Of a stretch of DNA of 32,000 bases, positions 26,689-32,000 are shown in pieces (within the stretch, counting starts at the first letter, position 1; each line of letters opens with the position of its first letter). The DNA is from Pseudidiomarina andamanensis (GTDB taxonomy: Bacteria; Pseudomonadota; Gammaproteobacteria; Enterobacterales; Alteromonadaceae), in the NCBI RefSeq assembly GCF_009734345.1, contig NZ_CP032551.1, positions 840,001-872,000 on the forward strand, written 5' to 3'. The position numbers and the translations under genes were made by a program. Below the pieces are notes generated by a model that worked only from the letters and a program-made list of their open reading frames with translations, had not been told where the DNA came from and searched no databases.

Positions 26689-29600
26689 ACGCCGCCCAAA
26701 TAGGATCCGCATTAGCACGCTGGGCGCTACGTCGCCCAGTAACCACTTGCATGATTTTCTTGTCCATGTTGTTACTCGGAGCGATTAGTTCTCGGTTACT
26801 TCCGCTGGAGAAATTCCCTGGCATTGAGATTCCGGAAGTTGTTGTTCAAGTTGCTTATCCGAACTCAACACCAGCAGAGATTGAGCGCCTAATCACTCGC
26901 CCACTTGAAGAAGCACTCGCAACCTTGAGTAACGTCAGTCGCATGCGTTCAACGTCAACCTCTGACAATGCGCAAGTGCTGTTACAGTTTGAATGGGGCC
27001 AAGATATCCGTACCAAGAGCATCGAAGCCCGTGAGAAAGTCGATGCCATTAAGCATTTGCTTCCCGATGACGTCGACCGTGTGGTTGTATTTCAGTTTAA
27101 CACTGAAGATATGCCTGTATTTCAATTGCGAATAAGTAGTCAACGCGATTTATCGAATGCCTACGACTTGTTGGATAGAAGCCTGCGTAAGCCGATTGAA
27201 CGCGTCGACGGTGTGTCACGCGTCACATTGTATGGTGTTGATCCGCAGCAAATCGTTATTCGCTTAAATCAGGCATCATTGTTGGCGCATCAATTGAAAC
27301 CAGCAGAGATTACTGCGGCCTTACAACGTGCGAACTTTTCGTTAACTGCTGGCTTTATTGAGAATGAACATCAACGTATTCTGGTGAATCCAGTGGGCGA
27401 ATTCCAAAGCGAATACGATATCGGCAATTTTCCTATTCGTCCGGGACTGAAACTTCGTGATATTGCTGAAATTGGCCGCGAGATGCCTCGCAAAGTCGAT
27501 GGTCGCCACCTCGACCAAAGCTATGCCATTGGTATGGAAGTGTTCAAAGAATCCAATGCCAATTTGGTTGATGTTTCAGCCCGAGTGATGAAAGTCATTG
27601 ATGAAATACGTCAAGACCCTCAATTTAACGGCATTAACTTGTTCGTGATGGATGATACCGCTAAAGGTGTCACAACCTCTTTGAGCGACTTGGTTAGCGC
27701 TGGGTTGCTGGGTGCGTTTTTGTCGTTTTTGGTGCTCTATGCGTTTTTGCGTAACCTCACCACAACGCTCGTCGTGGTGTTGAGTGTACCAATTGCCATT
27801 TGTATTGCATTAGGTGGCATGTACTTCCTCGGTTACTCGCTTAACGTTTTATCGCTGATGGGCCTGATGTTAGCTGTCGGTATGCTGGTTGATAACGCCG
27901 TAGTTATAACCGAGAGCATTCAACACGAACGTGAGCAAGGTGCAGATGCCGAACAGGCAACCGTTGAAGGTGTTGGGCAAGTATCGTTGGCGGTTGTAGC
28001 CGGTACTTTAACCACAGCTATTGTCTTCTTGCCGAATATTTTTGGAAAGAAAACCGACATCACCATCTTTCTCGAACATACCGCAATCGCTATTTGTTTA
28101 TCGTTATTGGCATCGTTGTTGCTATCGCAAACTCTGGTTCCTTTATTGATTACGAAACTACGCCGTTTTAGTCATAAAAAAGTGAAGCCGCAAAAACCGC
28201 CACGTCGCTATCGTAAAGCGTTGGAATGGAGTTGGCGTCACCCAGTTTGGACGGGGTTCTTCGCCGTACTGCTTCTTGCGAGTATTGCGATTCCATTTGC
28301 TGGCGTAAGTGGCGATGAAGGGCCTCAAGGCTTCAATGACCGTTTGTTTATTAACTACAACCTTCATACTCAATACAGCCTGGCGGAAGTTGAAGATGAA
28401 GTCACTCAACTTGAGAACTACCTGTACGCCAACCAAGAAAGCTTTGATATTGATGCGGTATACAGCTATTACACGCCCGACTATGCCGTCTCAACGTTAT
28501 TGTTGAAGGAAAACCGAGATGAAAAACTTGCAGATTTGATGGAACGTATTCGCAAAGACATGCCCAACCTATTGCGTAGTGAGCCGAAGTTTGGCTTTGG
28601 TGGCGGACGTGATGGTGTGCGAGTGACATTAAGCGGCCAGTCAACCGATGTACTGCAACGCTTAGCTACAGATGTCCTGCCTATGTTGAGTGCTATTGAG
28701 GGGCTGACCGATGTTCAAGCGGAATCGGAGACAGGACAGTTTGAACTGATTATAAAAATTGACCGCGAGCGCGTTCACAACTTGGGTTTAAGTTCTGCCG
28801 ATGTTGCTAAAACGGTGTCGACAGCTTTGCGGGGGCAACGGTTACGATCTTATCGTGGTGACCCGAATGGCGAAATTGATTTGCGCGTTGCCTTTGATAA
28901 GGAACTCGAGAATTCGCTACCAGCACTCTATAACTTGCCTATTCTGCAGGCGAACAACAAAATCATCGCACTGCAGGATATCGCAACGTTGGTGAAGCAA
29001 CCGCGATTGAGTCAAATTCGTCGTACCGACCGACGCACCTCACTTACCATTGATGCGAACCTGAACGAACTGACCATCAATGAAGCGCGCGATAAAATTA
29101 CTGCAGCACTTAGCCAATTACAGTTGCCACAAGGCTATTTGTGGAGCTTAGATGGCAGTTTTGAGCGGCAACGTGAAAACGAGAGTGTCATGTTAGTGAA
29201 TACATTGCTCGCCGTTGCACTTATCTACATCGTTATGGCGGCGTTGTTCGAATCGTTACTGCTACCAACCGCAGTAATCACGTCCCTGTTGTTCTCTATT
29301 GTCGGCGTATTTTGGGCACTACTGATCACCGGGCAATCGATCACCATTATGGCGATGATTGGTATTCTGATTCTGATGGGTATTGTCGTGAATAATGGTA
29401 TTGTTCTGGTTGATCGTATCAACCACTTACTTGCCCAAGGTGCGACTTTACAAGAGGCAATTATTGAAGGCAGTGTCAGCCGATTGCGGCCTATTCTCAT
29501 GACCGTATCGACCACTGTTTTGGGCCTGTTGCCGTTGGCGTTTGGTACCACGCAAATTGGTGGTGATGGCCCGCCCTACGCACCAATGGCAATCGCTATT

Positions 29601-29741
29601 ATTGGTGGTTTGGTGTTTTCGACAGTAACCAGTTTGTTCTTGGTACCTTACGCTTATGCTCGCTTGATTGGTATGCGAGCACGCTGGCACCGTTTGTGTC
29701 AGCATGCGCAAGCAAAAGTTAGTCAGTTACTTCCTGGTTAG
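26685..29741 (+). CDS. Efflux RND transporter permease subunit (second of two)
   Basis: 1018 aa paralogue. TM4 motif [16 protein letters not shown] and TM10 motif [20 protein letters not shown] overlap with the first permease. Confidence 0.93.
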   Translation: MNAAQIGSALARWALRRPVTTCMIFLSMLLLGAISSRLLPLEKFPGIEIPEVVVQVAYPNSTPAEIERLITRPLEEALATLSNVSRMRSTSTSDNAQVLLQFEWGQDIRTKSIEAREKVDAIKHLLPDDVDRVVVFQFNTEDMPVFQLRISSQRDLSNAYDLLDRSLRKPIERVDGVSRVTLYGVDPQQIVIRLNQASLLAHQLKPAEITAALQRANFSLTAGFIENEHQRILVNPVGEFQSEYDIGNFPIRPGLKLRDIAEIGREMPRKVDGRHLDQSYAIGMEVFKESNANLVDVSARVMKVIDEIRQDPQFNGINLFVMDDTAKGVTTSLSDLVSAGLLGAFLSFLVLYAFLRNLTTTLVVVLSVPIAICIALGGMYFLGYSLNVLSLMGLMLAVGMLVDNAVVITESIQHEREQGADAEQATVEGVGQVSLAVVAGTLTTAIVFLPNIFGKKTDITIFLEHTAIAICLSLLASLLLSQTLVPLLITKLRRFSHKKVKPQKPPRRYRKALEWSWRHPVWTGFFAVLLLASIAIPFAGVSGDEGPQGFNDRLFINYNLHTQYSLAEVEDEVTQLENYLYANQESFDIDAVYSYYTPDYAVSTLLLKENRDEKLADLMERIRKDMPNLLRSEPKFGFGGGRDGVRVTLSGQSTDVLQRLATDVLPMLSAIEGLTDVQAESETGQFELIIKIDRERVHNLGLSSADVAKTVSTALRGQRLRSYRGDPNGEIDLRVAFDKELENSLPALYNLPILQANNKIIALQDIATLVKQPRLSQIRRTDRRTSLTIDANLNELTINEARDKITAALSQLQLPQGYLWSLDGSFERQRENESVMLVNTLLAVALIYIVMAALFESLLLPTAVITSLLFSIVGVFWALLITGQSITIMAMIGILILMGIVVNNGIVLVDRINHLLAQGATLQEAIIEGSVSRLRPILMTVSTTVLGLLPLAFGTTQIGGDGPPYAPMAIAIIGGLVFSTVTSLFLVPYAYARLIGMRARWHRLCQHAQAKVSQLLPG

Positions 29742-30471
29742 CACGCGCTAAGTCGGCTGGCGTATCAATGCCAGCCGGCGGTAGAGCAATGGCTTCAGCC
29801 ACATGAATGCGCTCTCCATACCAAAGCACTCGAAGTTGTTCGAGTGACTCAATTTGCTCCAGCGGGCTTGGCTCCCACTCAATGTAACGCCAGACAAAGC
29901 CGGCCCGATAGGCGTAGATGCCAATATGACGGCGATAATCAGCCAACTCACCTAGACGGTTCTGAGTCAGTCCATCACGCTCGTAAGGAATGGGCGCGCG
30001 ACTAAAATACAAAGCATACCCATTCACATCGGTAACAACTTTTACCGCATGCGGACTTTGTACTTCTTCTAGCGAAGAAATCGGTACCGCCAAGGTCGCC
30101 ATTTGTGCAAGTTTTTGATTCGCTAGATTATCTGCTACTTGGCGAATGATCTCAGGCGGAATAAACGGCTCATCCCCCTGCACGTTGACCACCACTTGAT
30201 CATCAGCAATGGCTAAATAATCAATGACTTCAGCAATTCGTTCAGTACCTGAATTGTGGTGCGGCGAGGTCATCATAGCTCGTCCACCAAACGCTTCAAC
30301 GGCGTCAATGATGCGCTGATCATCGGTGGCGACAATAACTTCAGCAGCACCAGCGGCGGCGGCACGTTCGTAAACACGCTGAATCATGGTTTTATTGCCA
30401 ATCATCGCCAGTGGTTTACCCGGCAAGCGAGACGATGCGTAACGTGCGGGAATTATGACGGTAAAGCTCAT
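29719..30471 (-). CDS. kdsB: 3-deoxy-manno-octulosonate cytidylyltransferase (CMP-KDO synthetase)
   Basis: [37 protein letters not shown]... and [13 protein letters not shown] are typical KdsB motifs. ATGA overlap with ycaR. Confidence 0.95.
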   Translation of the reverse strand: MSFTVIIPARYASSRLPGKPLAMIGNKTMIQRVYERAAAAGAAEVIVATDDQRIIDAVEAFGGRAMMTSPHHNSGTERIAEVIDYLAIADDQVVVNVQGDEPFIPPEIIRQVADNLANQKLAQMATLAVPISSLEEVQSPHAVKVVTDVNGYALYFSRAPIPYERDGLTQNRLGELADYRRHIGIYAYRAGFVWRYIEWEPSPLEQIESLEQLRVLWYGERIHVAEAIALPPAGIDTPADLARANQEVTD

Positions 30472-30665
30472 GACGATAGTTGCTCCAACTCTGCGCTGCT
30501 AAGCTCACGGGCTTCGTGGCTTAATAGCATCGGAATATCATTGCGAACCGGATACGCGAGCCGCTCACCGCGACACACTAATTCACTTTTATCAGCAACC
30601 CAAACTAACTTTCCTTTGCATAAAGGACACGCCAAAATAGCTAAAGTCTTCTCATCAACCGCCAT
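30468..30665 (-). CDS. ycaR: Trm112/YcaR-family (UPF0434) small zinc-ribbon-like protein
   Basis: Trimmed to [23 protein letters not shown]...[13 protein letters not shown], with AAGGAG 6 nt upstream. It occupies the conserved position between lpxK and kdsB. Confidence 0.85.
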   Translation of the reverse strand: MAVDEKTLAILACPLCKGKLVWVADKSELVCRGERLAYPVRNDIPMLLSHEARELSSAELEQLSS

Positions 30666-30667
30666 AA

Positions 30668-31654
30668 TTACTCCTTGCATGCTATACCGTGCAGACGCTG
30701 CTGTAACTGTTGCCAAAATTCATCACTAAATTCTGCCGAAACCGGCAAATAAAACCAATTCTCTTGCGCAAATGTACGACATTTTGCCGCATCTTTTTCT
30801 GTCATCAGTACATTCATTGACGACTCAATGTTCTCAAAATCACCCGCATGAAACGGATGATGATCAGCAAATTCAATGCAACGTTTGAGTGTTAGCTGCT
30901 GTTGTTTAAGCGTATCAAAAAATCGTTGCGGATGACCTATACCTGCAATCGCAACACTATCACCGAGAGGTTGATCAACTTCAACGTTATCAATAACTCG
31001 CTTCCAGCGTTGCGGTTTAAGGGTAAATGACCAGCCATAGTTTTGCTCAGACAGGCCATTTTGCACCACCAAATCAACCTGTTGTAATCGCACTGCAGGT
31101 TCTCGTAATGGCCCAAGCGGCAAGCGCCAGCCGTTACCTAATCCGCGCATGCCATCAACGACAGCAATTTCGATATCGCGCGCCAACCGATAATGCTGTA
31201 ACCCATCATCACTGAGTATGATATCTGTTGCTGGAAACGTCTGAAGAATTAATTCGATAGCGTGTTGACGATTGGGGCTTACCGCTAGTGGCACGCCAGT
31301 TCGTTGAGCCAGTAACTTTGGTTCATCGCCGACGCTCTGTGCTGTTGCTGACGCAGTGACAATTTGTGGGAATGGGCCTTGCGCACCATAGCCGCGCGAG
31401 ATAATTGCCGGCGAGTAGCCCTGTTGTTTAAGCCACTGCACCAGCGCTTCAGTTACCGGTGTTTTCCCGGTGCCACCGACACTAATATTGCCAACCACTA
31501 TAACTGGCACCGGCGCTCTATAGCTGGCTAAAATACTAGCTCGATACGCCCAGCGCCGTACCGTACTCATAGCCACGAACAGCGCATGCAGCGGTAATAA
31601 AAGAACTAACAACGGATGAAGGCCAGAACGATACCAAGCCCGCTGCCAAAACAT
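30668..31654 (-). CDS. lpxK: Tetraacyldisaccharide 4'-kinase
   Basis: P-loop VGNISVGGTGKTP, with LpxK-like length and context. It starts 2 nt after the msbA stop. Confidence 0.93.
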   Translation of the reverse strand: MFWQRAWYRSGLHPLLVLLLPLHALFVAMSTVRRWAYRASILASYRAPVPVIVVGNISVGGTGKTPVTEALVQWLKQQGYSPAIISRGYGAQGPFPQIVTASATAQSVGDEPKLLAQRTGVPLAVSPNRQHAIELILQTFPATDIILSDDGLQHYRLARDIEIAVVDGMRGLGNGWRLPLGPLREPAVRLQQVDLVVQNGLSEQNYGWSFTLKPQRWKRVIDNVEVDQPLGDSVAIAGIGHPQRFFDTLKQQQLTLKRCIEFADHHPFHAGDFENIESSMNVLMTEKDAAKCRTFAQENWFYLPVSAEFSDEFWQQLQQRLHGIACKE

Positions 31655-31656
31655 GA

Positions 31657-32000
31657 TTACTCGCCCCCGCTAAACTGCAGACTATAAAGCTGGTAATAAG
31701 CACCTTGTTTGTCGAGTAATGTCTGATGATCACCACGTTCGAGCACTTTGCCCTCTTCCATCACCAATATTTCATCAGCGTTTTCAATGGTTGAGAGCCG
31801 GTGTGCAATGACAATCGAGGTTCGATTTTGCTGTAGCCGACTCAAGGCTTTTTGAATGTGACGTTCAGACTCTGTATCAAGTGCAGATGTCGCCTCATCC
31901 AGAATCAAAATTGGCGCATCGCGCAATAACGCACGAGCAATCGCAATACGTTGACGTTGCCCACCAGACAACATCACGCCATTTTCGCCAACCATGGTGT
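31657..32000 (-). CDS. msbA: Lipid A export ATP-binding/permease protein, C-terminal fragment; the gene continues beyond the right edge
   Basis: ABC signature and Walker B ([32 protein letters not shown]) and H-loop (IVIAHRLST), immediately upstream of lpxK as in the conserved msbA-lpxK operon. The frame stays open to position 32000. Confidence 0.9.
   Translation of the reverse strand, partial: TMVGENGVMLSGGQRQRIAIARALLRDAPILILDEATSALDTESERHIQKALSRLQQNRTSIVIAHRLSTIENADEILVMEEGKVLERGDHQTLLDKQGAYYQLYSLQFSGGE

Noticed and set aside
25348-29711. Several 62-108-aa ORFs on both strands inside the two RND permease genes.
   Set aside because: All are nested within long, motif-bearing permease ORFs, so there is no independent support.
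1-32000. Searched for CRISPR arrays, transposase/integrase genes, terminal inverted repeats, tRNA/rRNA genes and known defence-system signatures across the whole window.
   Set aside because: I found no regularly spaced repeat array and no recognisable recombinase, nuclease-helicase or toxin-antitoxin-type ORFs. Every long ORF is accounted for by metabolic, transport or envelope functions. The only notable repeats are the intragenic sucB duplication and short regulatory-scale repeats.

Overview
This window looks like core chromosome from a gammaproteobacterium; gene content and order resemble marine Alteromonadales-type genomes, but I cannot assign a species. I see no rRNA, tRNA, CRISPR array, transposase, integrase or phage gene, and no recognisable defence system.

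The centre (10.4-22.1 kb) is the classical TCA supercluster. sdhCDAB-sucABCD lies on the minus strand, divergent from gltA across a ~0.5 kb control region.

The right end (29.7-32.0 kb) is the conserved envelope operon msbA(partial)-lpxK-ycaR-kdsB on the minus strand. Between gltA and kdsB sits a three-gene RND efflux operon: a lipoprotein adaptor plus two tandem permeases, with no outer-membrane factor or regulator nearby.

The left third (0-10.4 kb) is more accessory-like and contains:
- the start of pxpA, preceded by three tightly coupled small membrane-protein genes;
- a pirin gene coupled to a membrane-anchored hypothetical;
- a tight acyl-CoA dehydrogenase / APH-type kinase / SDR operon;
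- a LysR regulator divergent from azoR;
- a membrane protein with a ClpP/SppA-like domain, downstream of a small Excalibur-motif secreted protein;
- an EamA/DMT transporter.

I found no clear-cut novel system. The items most worth follow-up are:
- the split ACAD10/11-like (Lva-like) kinase + dehydrogenase + reductase module;
- the paired RND permeases, both of which replace the second Asp and the Lys of the canonical AcrB proton relay with Asn;
- the small membrane-protein triad coupled to pxpA;
- SucB carrying a 336-bp tandem lipoyl-domain duplication;
- the sdhB-sucA junction, which has a perfect 22-bp palindrome over the sdhB stop codon and a terminator-like hairpin that leaves no room for a downstream sucA promoter.

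All calls come from reading the translations and DNA by eye. No searches were run.
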